Source: Methanomicrobia archaeon (lineage in GTDB: Archaea > Halobacteriota > Bog-38 > Methanoflorentales > Methanoflorentaceae). From it: DNA of 64,000 nt. The stretch lies in contig JACTTZ010000005.1 of NCBI GenBank assembly GCA_015660915.1, forward strand, positions 29,035-93,034, given 5' to 3'. The notes beneath the pieces are model-generated. The model saw only the letters and a list, made by a program, of their open reading frames with translations, searched no databases and had not been told where the DNA came from. The position numbers were made by a program, and so were the translations under genes. This document shows, piece by piece, positions 30,382-41,056 of this stretch (positions are counted from its first letter, which is position 1; each line of letters opens with the position of its first letter).

Positions 30382-30420
30382 GCGCCGTCCTTCTAGAGAT
30401 TTAAAAAGTCAGTGGGCAGG

Positions 30421-30891
30421 TTAGGTCCGCGCTACATGGGCTTTGTGCCCGATGCCCTCGACATAGTCTTTTAGTCCACGTAGTAGTACCCTTAAAAGTC
30501 GCTCCGTTGTGCTGCTGATTACATAGTTCCGATAATCGGAATCGGTCTCAGCAAACACTTCAGTCGCAGAGACGATCGTTTTGGGGCCATACGGCCTAAA
30601 GTCGTACGTTATCGTCCCTCTAGAGCCGAGAACGCTGCCAGTCAAGACAACCTTCCTTCCTGGCAGCACCTGTTGCACAAACGAGTGCGTGGTAGCCTGT
30701 ATCGGGGTGAACTCAGTCTTATATCGCATGGCAAATGCGCCTCCGGGCGCCCATATGTTTCCTCCCGAGATGCTTGAGACCCCAATGATCAATGGATTCC
30801 ATTCACTCCAGCGATGTATGTCCGTGAACACTTCCCAAACGAGCTGTGACGTGGCGCTTATGTCGATCGTTGATGAAACGCGGATTGGCAC
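30421..30891 (-). CDS. SRPBCC (polyketide cyclase-like) protein
   Basis: IDISAT..VWEVFTDIHRWSEWNP...LKDYVE. Confidence 0.85.
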   Translation of the reverse strand: MPIRVSSTIDISATSQLVWEVFTDIHRWSEWNPLIIGVSSISGGNIWAPGGAFAMRYKTEFTPIQATTHSFVQQVLPGRKVVLTGSVLGSRGTITYDFRPYGPKTIVSATEVFAETDSDYRNYVISSTTERLLRVLLRGLKDYVEGIGHKAHVART

Positions 30892-31139
30892 GTTCCATCA
30901 ATGGCGGTCAAGCAAGATAAGGATTAGCAGGCAGCGAGCACAACGGCATTTCTTCGAGGCCCAAAAATGAAACGTTGCGCGCGCGACCGCTCAAGAAGTC
31001 ATGTCGACATCCATCCAGTAGAAATGTGATCCGAAACGGGTTGCTCAATGGCACGTGTCATTCGCTCGCGGTCGATTACAGCGACGGTGGAGAAATTATT
31101 TACGTGCGCAGTTATAAAATGAGGTGCCGGTGATGCCAG

Positions 31140-31280
31140 TTGGCAAAATGGGTTTGCGGTATTTGCGAATGGGTCTATGACGAAGAAGTTGAAGGCGTTC
31201 CGTTCAGTGAGCTCCCTGACGATTGGGTGTGTCCTGCGTGCGGCGTCGACAAGTCTCTTTTTGAGGAACAGAGTGACTAG
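31140..31280 (+). CDS. rubredoxin (46 aa, absent from ORF track)
   Basis: TTG start; [16 protein letters not shown]...[14 protein letters not shown]. Confidence 0.9.
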   Translation: MAKWVCGICEWVYDEEVEGVPFSELPDDWVCPACGVDKSLFEEQSD

Positions 31281-31459
31281 GGTCTTCGGCTTGTGCATTA
31301 ATTCTTACGACTTTTTTTCTAACCGCCTAAAATAAAAGGCGCTATTTTTTGAAAAACCCGACGGCGTCTATTTCTTATCCCGTTGAGTGCGTTAAGCGTT
31401 TGTGACGCCGGGGGGGCATACGTGAGGCACATTTATTACTAGCTATCCTGCATGGACAG

Positions 31460-32779
31460 ATGATGCAAGGCCTCCTCGTTGCTGGAACGCAAAGCGGGAT
31501 CGGAAAAACGACGGTGACGCTCGCTATCCTCAAAGCGCTTAGAGACTCAGGCTATAGCGTGCAGTCATACAAAGTCGGCCCAGATTTCATAGATCCCAGC
31601 CACCTCGAAAAAGTGACCAACGCACCGTGCTACAATCTTGATTCGTTCATGATGGGTGAGGAAGGCGTCAAGAGGGAGTTTGCAAAATGTGACGCCGACT
31701 ATGCGGTCATAGAAGGGGCAATGGGCATGTACGACGGGATATCAAGCTGCGCTAAGATTGCAGACCTGACAAAAGTCCCAGTTCTTCTTGTGATTGACGC
31801 GAGCGCTTCTGCGGAGAGTGTGGCCGCACAGGCCCTGGGGTTCATTAGATACGCTTGTTTCACGCCCTTCAAGCTTACGATCGCCGGGGTCATAGCAAAC
31901 CGCGTCGGTACCGAAGAACACGGTGAAAGGATTCGCCGGGCGTTGAAGGCAATAAATATCCCGTTGATAGGAACCGTTGCAGCAGACGTTGAAGGAATTC
32001 CATCACGTCACCTCGGATTGTATATGGGGTCGGAAACGTCGTTGCCCGCTGCTACCCTGAAGTCAATCTACGAGTTACTCGACCTCGAGTTCATCCAACG
32101 GGTAGCGACGCAGATCACGGTCGATAAGCCACAGGAGCTACGCCACACAACAGATACACGGATCGGGATTGCTCACGACGCTGCGTTTTGCTTCTATTAT
32201 CGCTCAAACATTGAAGCGATTCAAAAGCGCGCGCAAGTGGTCTATTTTTCTCCCATTCGCGACGCGCTGCCGGACGTAGATGGGTTGTACTTCGGCGGAG
32301 GCTATCCCGAACTGTATGCTGCGCAGTTGAGCACAAATAAATGCATGTTGAAAGACGTAAAAACAAACGCGGATGACGGCATGCCCGTATACGGCGAGTG
32401 TGGGGGGCTTATGTATCTGTCGCGCTCGCTCTCCACTGTCGAGGGCAGAAGATTTTCGCTGGGAAACGTGCTCCCCCTAGACGTCCAAATGACGAGGAAA
32501 ATGCAAGCATTGGGACACGTTGAAGTGCAAGCCGTTACGGACTGTGCGATTGCACGCAGCGGTGATATCCTTCGCGGCCACGAATACCACTACTCGACCG
32601 CATCCGTTGATAACGACGTGCGATTCGCTTATCGCGTCACACAAGGGAAAGGAATCGACGGACGCGATGGCATTACGGAGAGCAACGTTGTGGCGTCATA
32701 TCTGCATTCGCACGTCTACTCGATGCCGCACGAATTTGACTTGTTTGTCGACCAAGCAAAAGCTCACGCTCGCTCGTAG
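31460..32779 (+). CDS. cobyrinate/Ni-sirohydrochlorin a,c-diamide synthase (CbiA/CfbB family)
   Basis: SGIGKTT, KVGPDFIDP, EGAMG, GGGYPE, ECGG, RGHEYHYS. Confidence 0.9.
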   Translation: MMQGLLVAGTQSGIGKTTVTLAILKALRDSGYSVQSYKVGPDFIDPSHLEKVTNAPCYNLDSFMMGEEGVKREFAKCDADYAVIEGAMGMYDGISSCAKIADLTKVPVLLVIDASASAESVAAQALGFIRYACFTPFKLTIAGVIANRVGTEEHGERIRRALKAINIPLIGTVAADVEGIPSRHLGLYMGSETSLPAATLKSIYELLDLEFIQRVATQITVDKPQELRHTTDTRIGIAHDAAFCFYYRSNIEAIQKRAQVVYFSPIRDALPDVDGLYFGGGYPELYAAQLSTNKCMLKDVKTNADDGMPVYGECGGLMYLSRSLSTVEGRRFSLGNVLPLDVQMTRKMQALGHVEVQAVTDCAIARSGDILRGHEYHYSTASVDNDVRFAYRVTQGKGIDGRDGITESNVVASYLHSHVYSMPHEFDLFVDQAKAHARS

Positions 32780-32892
32780 ATCCTGATTACCGTGCGGGCT
32801 AGCTACCTTACAACGGCCTGGCGCTCCACCGCTTCACGAGTGTGCCTGCTTTTTTATAGCAAAGCGACACACACAGAAACGAAGGAATTAGC

Positions 32893-33546
32893 ATGGCGTC
32901 ACAAACAGCTGTATCGCCACAGAAAATTGAAAACGAGCTCAAAAGGCTTGCAAAACAGAACCATGCAGAGCTGTCCTTCATCCATCCGAGTGCTATTGAA
33001 GTACGCAACTGGGTCAGATGGAAGTGTCAGTATGGGTGCAAGGGGTTTGGAAAGCATTTAAGTTGTCCGCCGTATGTGCCGGGACCCTCTGAGACAAGAG
33101 CGCTCTTGCAGGAGTACGAGCGCGCATACATCGTCCATTTCAGAGGTATCCCCGGAATGCCAACCATTGATCCGGGGGATATACCAGAGAACTGGCATCC
33201 ATTTCTGCGAGAGCTGATCCTGTGGATCGCAGAAACGATGTACACACTCGAACAACACGCGTTCTACGGTGGATACTACAAAGCATTAGCGTTCGCGGCC
33301 TATCCGTGCGCGTTTTGTGAGGACTGCGTCGCGGAGGAATCTAAAGGCGTCGTCGATATCTCGCTGAAGAGAGACTGTCGTCACGCTGAACGGGTGCGAA
33401 CTTCAATGGAAGCCGTTGGAATCGACGTGTTTACAACCGTCTCAAAGAGCAACCTTCCCATAGACGTCATTCCCTGCGAGGATAACATCTACGGCAAAAT
33501 TAAGCACACCAAGATCAATTCATACGGCCTGCTGCTTCTCGACTAA
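32893..33546 (+). CDS. DUF2284 Cys-rich metal-binding protein
   Basis: VRWKCQYGC, SCPP, PCAFCEDC, SMEAVGIDVF. Confidence 0.85.
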   Translation: MASQTAVSPQKIENELKRLAKQNHAELSFIHPSAIEVRNWVRWKCQYGCKGFGKHLSCPPYVPGPSETRALLQEYERAYIVHFRGIPGMPTIDPGDIPENWHPFLRELILWIAETMYTLEQHAFYGGYYKALAFAAYPCAFCEDCVAEESKGVVDISLKRDCRHAERVRTSMEAVGIDVFTTVSKSNLPIDVIPCEDNIYGKIKHTKINSYGLLLLD

Positions 33547-33689
33547 GTCGACCACAGCTAGGGTAACCAGATCCGCTGCGACTCGCGGCGCGCTTTGGGG
33601 GCGAAAGCTTAATAGCGGCTCTACCTCAAAACTTACTGACTCGGTGTGAGCTCAAATAGCTGTCGTTAGGAAGAAGCTTTCAGACTAGA

Positions 33690-34178
33690 TTGGTGACAGA
33701 AATGGACATTTTAAAGATCCCTCGTATGGAAAAAGAAGAGTATGACAGGCTAATCAAGGAGAACTACGTGAGCCGGATCGCCTTCAAGGGCGACGCGTAT
33801 CCGTACGTTGCACCTTTTTTGTACGTGTTCGACGGGCGCTACCTCTATTTTTTGTCGACGAAGTACGGTAAAAAGCTCCGATTCTTTAACGAGAATCCCA
33901 ACGTTGCAGTCGAGATAGAAAGGTTTAGCGCAGACATGTCGTCTTATACGTTCGTCACCTTGTTGGGGCAGCTTGCCGAAGTCGCCGACCGCACAGAAGG
34001 GCGACGCATTCGACAAAGGTTCGTTAACATGATGACGACGCGAGCGCTCTCAAGCAACGCCGTGGCTGCGCTCGGCCATTCGCCGGTTGAGCCTTTGGAA
34101 TCTATCGTGAACGAGAACCGAAGCCTTATATGGAGACTTGAAAAGGTACAGGAAATCGTCGCTCTCAAGAATGCCTAG
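33690..34178 (+). CDS. pyridoxamine 5'-phosphate oxidase-like (NimA-type) flavin-binding protein
   Basis: RIAF, PYVAPFLY, GKK...NPNVAVE. Confidence 0.85.
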   Translation: MVTEMDILKIPRMEKEEYDRLIKENYVSRIAFKGDAYPYVAPFLYVFDGRYLYFLSTKYGKKLRFFNENPNVAVEIERFSADMSSYTFVTLLGQLAEVADRTEGRRIRQRFVNMMTTRALSSNAVAALGHSPVEPLESIVNENRSLIWRLEKVQEIVALKNA

Positions 34179-34478
34179 ATGCTTTTTCCGCTTGAGCACT
34201 TCAGGCAAGCTATCGCTACAGGCTGCAGATGCTATAAATCTGAGAGCCCTAATCGGGCCAAGCCTTCTCCTCCGGCTGAGCTGCCAGAGTAAAGAGCTGC
34301 CGCAAAAAATAGTCGAAGCACGCACGAATTGGCACGGGACACACCGTTCAGAACGTTTATTTCTTCCGTGACGCTTCGAGGGGGGACTTCACATCCGCGC
34401 TACGGTGAACCGCCTGTCCAACCCCAGGGGGCAGAATTAATAAGACGGACCTGATTACTACCGTATAAGCGAGACCAA

Positions 34479-36332
34479 ATGACAGTCAAGTACGTTCCGG
34501 ACACAAGCGTGTTGATCGACGGCAGGATCACAAAGCTTATAGACGACGGCGAACTGCGCGGAGCGACAATCATCATCCCCGAAGCGGTTATCTCTGAGCT
34601 CGAAGCTCAGGCAAACCAAGGACGCGAGATCGGCTTTAAAGGGCTAAATGAGCTCAAAGCACTCGCGGAACGAAAACGCTCGGGCGAAGTCGACGTGACC
34701 TACGTCGGAAGGCGACCCACAGCGGATGAGATCAAACTTGCCTCAGTGGGAGAAATCGATGCGATGATACGAACCGTCGCGGTCGACAATGGTGCAACGT
34801 TTATCACGAGCGATATCGTACAAAGTGAAGTCGCCCGTGCCAAAGGATTGGATGTCACGTACCTCCAGCCTGAAAAGGGGGCGGAAAAACCGTTGCTGCT
34901 ACAGCGGTTCTTCACGCGCGACACTATGTCAGTGTTTCTGAAAGAGGGTGTCCCTCCACGAGCTAAACGTGGCTCGATAGCAGACCTTCGATTGGTCAAT
35001 ATTAGAAAGACTCGGATGGGCGAAAAGGAGATTCGGGCCATTGCTACAGACGTCATTGAACAAGCAAAGTCACGCTCTGACGGTTTTATTGAAATAGAAC
35101 GCCGAGGCGCCACGATCGTTCAGCTCGGCTCGATGCGAATAGCCATTGCCCGACCCCCGTTTTCTGATGGCATCGAGATAACCGCGGTCCGCCCGATAGC
35201 GACGGTTAAGCTCGACGACTACAAGTTCTCCGACGAACTGAAGAGTCGGCTGAGTGAATCGACAAGAGGTATAATGATCGCGGGACCACCGGGATCCGGC
35301 AAATCTACGTTGGCGCAAAGCGTCGCGGAGTTTCTTGCAGCACAAGGGTTTATCGTCAAGACGATGGAAAGTCCGCGCGATTTGCAGGTTCCAGATAACA
35401 TCACGCAGTATTCTGCGCTCGAAGGCGACATGGCGAAGACGGCTGACATTCTTCTGCTTGTGCGACCGGACTACACAATCTATGACGAGTTGCGCAAGAC
35501 CAGCGACTTTAAGACCTTCGCTGACATGCGGCTCGCGGGAGTGGGGATGGTCGGCGTCGTGCATACGACCCGCGGCATCGATACACTGCAGCGCTTGATA
35601 GGCCGAGTCGAATTTGGCATCATTCCTCAAGTTGTCGACACAATCATTTTCCTCAAGAAAGGTGAGATTGAATCAGTCTATGACGTCCATTTTGCCGTCA
35701 AAGTGCCGTCAGGGATGATGGAAGCAGATCTTGCGCGGCCGGTCATAGAGGTGAGGAACTTTGAGACGAATAAGGTCGAATACGAGATCTATCTCTTTAG
35801 CAGGCAAATCGTTGTTATGGCAGTAGGCCCGAAAGAACGGGGGAAGGCAAAACCAACGTGGAAGTTCGCTGCGCGAGAGATTGAGAGGGAGATCGATAAA
35901 TATGCGAAAGAGCCCGTCACAGTCGAGATCCTTTCTGACACGCGCGCCAACGTCTATGTAAGCGACAAAGACATATCCCACGTGATCGGAAAGGGCGGCA
36001 AAAATATCGAAAAAGTCGAAGATGTCCTCGGGATTGACATTGACGTTTTGCAGACGGCTGAGGAGTCGCAAAGAAAAACAAAAGGTCGTGAAAAAGAGTC
36101 CCCGCCAAAAGCTACGGCGGATGCCGAAGTTGATCTTGCTGACCGACACGTGATCGTGACGTCTGACGCTCGACCAGGCGACATCGTTGACGTGTTAATT
36201 GATGATGAGTATCTCTTCACGGCTACCATCGGACGAGGCGGCGAGATTAAGGTGACCAAGGGAACCAACATCGCTAATCGCATCTTAGATGCGCTTGACC
36301 GCGGTGCACGCATCGTGATGCGGAGCGCGTGA
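34479..36332 (+). CDS. PIN-domain/VirB11-like ATPase with KH domain (PINA)
   Basis: VPDTSVLID, GPPGSGKST, KTMESPRDL, DMRLAGVGM, VIGKGG. Confidence 0.92.
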   Translation: MTVKYVPDTSVLIDGRITKLIDDGELRGATIIIPEAVISELEAQANQGREIGFKGLNELKALAERKRSGEVDVTYVGRRPTADEIKLASVGEIDAMIRTVAVDNGATFITSDIVQSEVARAKGLDVTYLQPEKGAEKPLLLQRFFTRDTMSVFLKEGVPPRAKRGSIADLRLVNIRKTRMGEKEIRAIATDVIEQAKSRSDGFIEIERRGATIVQLGSMRIAIARPPFSDGIEITAVRPIATVKLDDYKFSDELKSRLSESTRGIMIAGPPGSGKSTLAQSVAEFLAAQGFIVKTMESPRDLQVPDNITQYSALEGDMAKTADILLLVRPDYTIYDELRKTSDFKTFADMRLAGVGMVGVVHTTRGIDTLQRLIGRVEFGIIPQVVDTIIFLKKGEIESVYDVHFAVKVPSGMMEADLARPVIEVRNFETNKVEYEIYLFSRQIVVMAVGPKERGKAKPTWKFAAREIEREIDKYAKEPVTVEILSDTRANVYVSDKDISHVIGKGGKNIEKVEDVLGIDIDVLQTAEESQRKTKGREKESPPKATADAEVDLADRHVIVTSDARPGDIVDVLIDDEYLFTATIGRGGEIKVTKGTNIANRILDALDRGARIVMRSA

Positions 36333-36488
36333 GAGAACCTCCGTAGAACACGCGCGCTACCGCAGACTGATCATCGGGTTACGATTGAGCCCCTGGCCCA
36401 CTGCGATCAAAAGAGATTAGTAGAACGACGGGCACAGCTAGTAGGCGTGCGCATTCGAGAGCGCGGCTAAGGGAGCTCGTGTGCTAAA

Positions 36489-36944
36489 ATGATGATGCAA
36501 AAGTTCTCAGCGGCTCTGTTGTATATCGGCATTTTCGCCGGAATCCCGCTCGCAATCATCGTCGCTCTGTTTTTTCTCCCCGTTTTGAACAGCGTCGATT
36601 CGACAGCGATTGTCATTCTTGTTATTTTTGCTGTTGTACTTGTCGCGCTCTGGATATTCGTGCCGCGCGAAAAGCCAGTCACACGACAGCGAAAAAGCGC
36701 CAAAGAAAGAAAAGCAGCACAGCGCGCAGTTCCTGCGCCAAGTGAAGCTTCAGAAGGGTCGACCGGCGAGGAAAAGAAACGAAAAGCGCGATCCAGGCGA
36801 CCTCTCTATGAAGAAGACGAGAGACACGAGCCATTCGTCGATGTCGTAGAGGAATCGACCCACCATCCGGCAGCGCAACCTCAAGTGCGGCGAAAAGCCC
36901 AAAGCAAAGCCCGGAAGAAGAGCTCCAAGAAGAAAAAGCGCTAA
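36489..36944 (+). CDS. two-TM membrane protein with basic C-terminal tail
   Basis: Two hydrophobic helices, then K/R-rich low-complexity region ending KKSSKKKKR. Confidence 0.65.
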   Translation: MMMQKFSAALLYIGIFAGIPLAIIVALFFLPVLNSVDSTAIVILVIFAVVLVALWIFVPREKPVTRQRKSAKERKAAQRAVPAPSEASEGSTGEEKKRKARSRRPLYEEDERHEPFVDVVEESTHHPAAQPQVRRKAQSKARKKSSKKKKR

Positions 36945-37012
36945 GTTGTGAGACGCTGTGGAATCGGTCTAGCCGCCCCCGCCACCGACTGCAAACGTGA
37001 ATCACTGCCGCG

Positions 37013-38584
37013 TCAAAGCACGACCGCTTTCGCTACAGAAATGCCATTGATCTCTCGGATCTGGGCCAAAACCTCATCTTGAATCGGATCGTCAAGCGCG
37101 AGCACCATAACCGCACCCCCTCTGACTTTGTCGCGGCCTACGTTCATTCCAGCGATGTTGATGTTGTTGTTACCGAGCAACGTGCCGACCTTGCCAATGA
37201 CGCCAGGCTTGTCGATGTGGGACGTTATCAGCATGGACCCCTGGGTTTCTGCGTCCACGTGGTAGTCGCCGATCTTAACTATCCGCGGTTGATCTCCTAG
37301 AAAAAGGGTCCCCGACACCGACCAGTCATCACCCTTGTCGCTGTCTATTCTGACCGTTATCAGACTCTGAAAATCTTCGAGCCGTTCCGTCTTCGTCTCG
37401 GTGATCCTAATGCCCCGCTTCTTGGCAAACATCTGTGCGTTGACAAAATTGACAGGTGACTCCAGTACGCGATCGAGGACGCCTTTAAGAACAGCAATGG
37501 TCAAAGGGTGCACATCGCACTGGCCTACCTCGCCGGTGTAGGTGACTTCGATACCGCGAATCTGCCCTTCGACGAGCTGAATGCAAAACTTACCGAGTTG
37601 CTCTGAAAGCGGCATATAGCTCCTGACCGCGCCAAACGTCTCCGCCCGTATCGGCACGTTCACGGCGTTTCGGACCGGTTCACCTTTAAGTGCGCCCAGC
37701 GTTTGTTCGGCGATGGCCACCGCCACGTTGATCTGCGCCTCGACTGTCGAGGCGCCGAGGTGTGGCGTCACTATGCAGGTATCAAGCGCGAGAAGTGGAC
37801 TTCCCGTCGGAGGCTCACGTTCAAAGACATCCAGCGCTGCTCCGGCGATCTTGCCACTCTTCAAACCCTCGTACAGCGCTTCTTCGTCGATGATGCCGCC
37901 GCGCGCGACGTTCAAAATGCGAACGCCGTCGCGCATCTTCGCGATCTGCGGCTTCCCGATCAGGTGGTACGTATCCTTAGTCAATGGAGTATGAACGGTG
38001 ATGAAGTCTGACTTCGCGAGAACCTCATCAAGCGATGCGAGGTCGACGCGGAGCTCCTTCGCACGCTCTACAGTTATGAAAGGATCGTACGCAATGACGT
38101 TCATTCCGAGGGCGCGCATTCGCTTCGCGACTTCGGCTCCGATGCGTCCGAGTCCGAGAACGCCGAGCGTCTTTCCAAAGACTTCGACTCCAAGAAACCG
38201 TGAACGTTCCCACTCACCGTTCCTCACGGAAACACTAGCCTGCGGTATGCTCCGCGACAGGGCCATCATCAGGCTTATCGTATGCTCCGCCGCTGAGATC
38301 ATGTTGCCCTCAGGCGCGTTAATGACGATGATACCTTTCGCTGTTGCGGCTTCAACATCGATGTTGTCGACGCCAACGCCTGCACGTCCGATAACCTTGA
38401 GATTTGACGCTTCGATTGCGTCTTTCGTGACCTTTGTGCCGCTCCTGACGATGAGAGCGTCGTAGTCGCCGATGATGCTGACAAATTGCTCCGGCAAAAG
38501 ATCAGTTATTACGTCGACGTCGTGTTCCCTCTTGAGGAGGTCGACACCTGCCTGGGATAATGGGTCACTTACAAGTATTCTCAT
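37013..38584 (-). CDS. serA: D-3-phosphoglycerate dehydrogenase
   Basis: GRAGVGVDN, GLGRIG, TPHLGAST, C-terminal ACT domain. Confidence 0.96.
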   Translation of the reverse strand: MRILVSDPLSQAGVDLLKREHDVDVITDLLPEQFVSIIGDYDALIVRSGTKVTKDAIEASNLKVIGRAGVGVDNIDVEAATAKGIIVINAPEGNMISAAEHTISLMMALSRSIPQASVSVRNGEWERSRFLGVEVFGKTLGVLGLGRIGAEVAKRMRALGMNVIAYDPFITVERAKELRVDLASLDEVLAKSDFITVHTPLTKDTYHLIGKPQIAKMRDGVRILNVARGGIIDEEALYEGLKSGKIAGAALDVFEREPPTGSPLLALDTCIVTPHLGASTVEAQINVAVAIAEQTLGALKGEPVRNAVNVPIRAETFGAVRSYMPLSEQLGKFCIQLVEGQIRGIEVTYTGEVGQCDVHPLTIAVLKGVLDRVLESPVNFVNAQMFAKKRGIRITETKTERLEDFQSLITVRIDSDKGDDWSVSGTLFLGDQPRIVKIGDYHVDAETQGSMLITSHIDKPGVIGKVGTLLGNNNINIAGMNVGRDKVRGGAVMVLALDDPIQDEVLAQIREINGISVAKAVVL

Positions 38585-38737
38585 AACAACAATTCCTCGC
38601 CAAAAGACTGAAGCACGCGACGCGCGTCCACGCTATTTGAATAACCAACGCTGAAAGCGTATTTCTACTTTTTGTTGGAAAGGCTTATGTAATTACCACC
38701 GCAAATAGCAGTCACAAAACTGCAAAGGAAGCCGAAT

Positions 38738-41026
38738 ATGAAAGTTAAACCAACTGTCGTCTGGCTTGAGGACGTCCGTATTGAAGACGTTCCTTCAGTA
38801 GGAGGAAAAGGGGCAAGCCTCGGAGAGATGATAAATGCAGAGATTCCCGTACCGCGCGGTTTCGCTGTCACAGCGCAAGCGTTCCGACGCTTTTTGGACG
38901 AAACGGGCATCGCAAAGCAACTTTTTGAGGCACTAGAAGTGAACGTCGACGACGCAAACGAGCTGAGCGCGGCTGCTGAAGAGGCCAAGAAGCTCTTGCT
39001 AGCGACAAAGATGCCACAGCATATGCGCAACGACATTGTGACCGCATACAAAGAGCTGTCGAAGAGAGAAGGGGGGGAGCCTTTTGTAGCCGTGCGATCG
39101 AGCGCGACGGCCGAAGACATGCCCGAAGCGAGTTTTGCAGGACAACAAGAGACGTATCTTAACATGAAAGGCGCCAACAACGTAGTCGTTGCGGTTCAAA
39201 AATGCTGGGCATCCTTGTACGGCGCACGGGCCATCTTCTACCGAATCAAGCAAGGCTTTGAGCACGAATCGGTGAACATATCGGCCGTTGTCCAAAAGAT
39301 GGTCAACGCAGACAAATCAGGCGTCATGTTCACGTCCAACCCTACAACAGGTGCACCAGAAGCGATCATTGAGGGTTCTTGGGGCCTCGGCGAAGCCATT
39401 GTGTCAGGCTCCGTGTCACCCGACACATACCTCATCGATAGAAAAACGCGTCAGATAAAAGCAAGCGTTGCTACAAAGAAGATAATGGTCGTGAAGGACC
39501 AAAAAACAGGAGACACGATTACCAAGGACGTCCCTGCGGACATGCAAAACAAACGAGTCCTTAGCGACAGCGAGTTGATCACGATTCTCGACCTCGGCGA
39601 ACTCATCGAAGAGCATTATGAAAGCCCCCAAGATATCGAATGGGCAATGGAAAAAGGAGAGGTATTCATAGTCCAATCGAGGCCGGTGACGACGATCAAG
39701 AAGGGAGGGGCAGAGCAAGAGACCGTCAGCGCAGGCGAGGCTGAGAAGCTCCTCGAAGGTCTCGGCGCATCGCCCGGCCAAGCGTCCGGCCAAGTCAAAA
39801 TCATAAAGAGCGCAGATGAGCTCGACAGAGTCCTAAACGGAGACATACTCGTTACGGCAATGACCTCCCCAGACATGGTTCCCGCTATGCAAAGGGCAGC
39901 CGCGATCGTGACTGACGAAGGCGGTTTGACGAGTCACGCTGCTATTGTTTCCAGAGAACTGGGCGTACCCGCCGTAGTTGGAACGAAAGAGGCCACAAAA
40001 AAGCTCACCGACGGCATGCTCGTGACCGTTGACGGTGAAAAGGGCATTATCTTTGCTGGAAGGCTCGAACGGACTGAAGCGGCGCCAGCTGCGGGGGCAG
40101 TCGCCGTCAGCGCGGCAAAGCCAGTTACTGCGACCGAGGTCAAGGTCAACGTTTCGATAGCTGAGGCCACAGTGCGAGCCGTAGCGACTGGAGCCGATGG
40201 CGTTGGACTCTTACGGGTCGAACACATGATCATTGGCATGGGCAAGCACCCACACTGGTACATCGAGCACAACGAAAAAGATGCGTTCATTAATGAACTT
40301 CAGAAGGGCATTCGGATCGTGGTCGACGCGTTCTACCCGCGTCCCGTGTGGGTGCGTACGCTCGACGCCCCGACCGACGAGTTCCGTGAAATGGAAGGAG
40401 GCGAAGGGGAGCCGATCGAGCCGAACCCTATGCTCGGCTGGCGCGGCATACGGCGCGATTTACGTGATGTTGAAGTCTTCCAGATGCAACTTCAGACGTT
40501 CAAAAACCTCATCGACGACGGCTATAGTAATATCGGCATCATGCTACCTCTCGTTCAGCACCAAGACGAAGTGCGACAAGCGAAACAGATCATCGCTGAA
40601 ACAGGCATTGACTTTGAAAATGTCGACATCGGCATTATGATAGAGATACCCGCATCGGCACTAATAATCGAGGATCTCATCGCGGAAGGTATCGACTTCG
40701 TTTCGTTTGGAACCAACGATCTCACGCAATATACGCTCGCGGTCGATCGTAATAACGAGAACGTCGCCGCCCTCTACAACGAGCAACACCCCGCAGTGCT
40801 GAAGCTCATGGATTATGTCATCCAGTGCTGTAACAAGGCGGGCGTCGTCACATCAATCTGTGGGCAAGCAGGCTCAAATCCGAAGATGGCGGACAAACTG
40901 GTGCGCATGGGCATTAGTAGCATATCGTCGAACATTGACGCCGTCGAACGCGTCAGAGAGGCCGTAGCGCGGACAGAGATGCGTATCATCCTTGAAGGCT
41001 CACGTGGTTTGACGAACAGAGATTAG
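38738..41026 (+). CDS. ppsA: phosphoenolpyruvate synthase
   Basis: GGKGASLGE, SFAGQQET, TSHAAIVSRE, NPMLGWRG, FGTNDLTQ. Confidence 0.96.
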   Translation: MKVKPTVVWLEDVRIEDVPSVGGKGASLGEMINAEIPVPRGFAVTAQAFRRFLDETGIAKQLFEALEVNVDDANELSAAAEEAKKLLLATKMPQHMRNDIVTAYKELSKREGGEPFVAVRSSATAEDMPEASFAGQQETYLNMKGANNVVVAVQKCWASLYGARAIFYRIKQGFEHESVNISAVVQKMVNADKSGVMFTSNPTTGAPEAIIEGSWGLGEAIVSGSVSPDTYLIDRKTRQIKASVATKKIMVVKDQKTGDTITKDVPADMQNKRVLSDSELITILDLGELIEEHYESPQDIEWAMEKGEVFIVQSRPVTTIKKGGAEQETVSAGEAEKLLEGLGASPGQASGQVKIIKSADELDRVLNGDILVTAMTSPDMVPAMQRAAAIVTDEGGLTSHAAIVSRELGVPAVVGTKEATKKLTDGMLVTVDGEKGIIFAGRLERTEAAPAAGAVAVSAAKPVTATEVKVNVSIAEATVRAVATGADGVGLLRVEHMIIGMGKHPHWYIEHNEKDAFINELQKGIRIVVDAFYPRPVWVRTLDAPTDEFREMEGGEGEPIEPNPMLGWRGIRRDLRDVEVFQMQLQTFKNLIDDGYSNIGIMLPLVQHQDEVRQAKQIIAETGIDFENVDIGIMIEIPASALIIEDLIAEGIDFVSFGTNDLTQYTLAVDRNNENVAALYNEQHPAVLKLMDYVIQCCNKAGVVTSICGQAGSNPKMADKLVRMGISSISSNIDAVERVREAVARTEMRIILEGSRGLTNRD

Positions 41027-41056
41027 TCGCCGCTTCGTTCAGCTAGTGACTCAGCA

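Noticed and set aside
31281-31459. Cobalamin riboswitch upstream of cbiA/cfbB
   Set aside because: No B12-box or conserved GGGAA core seen
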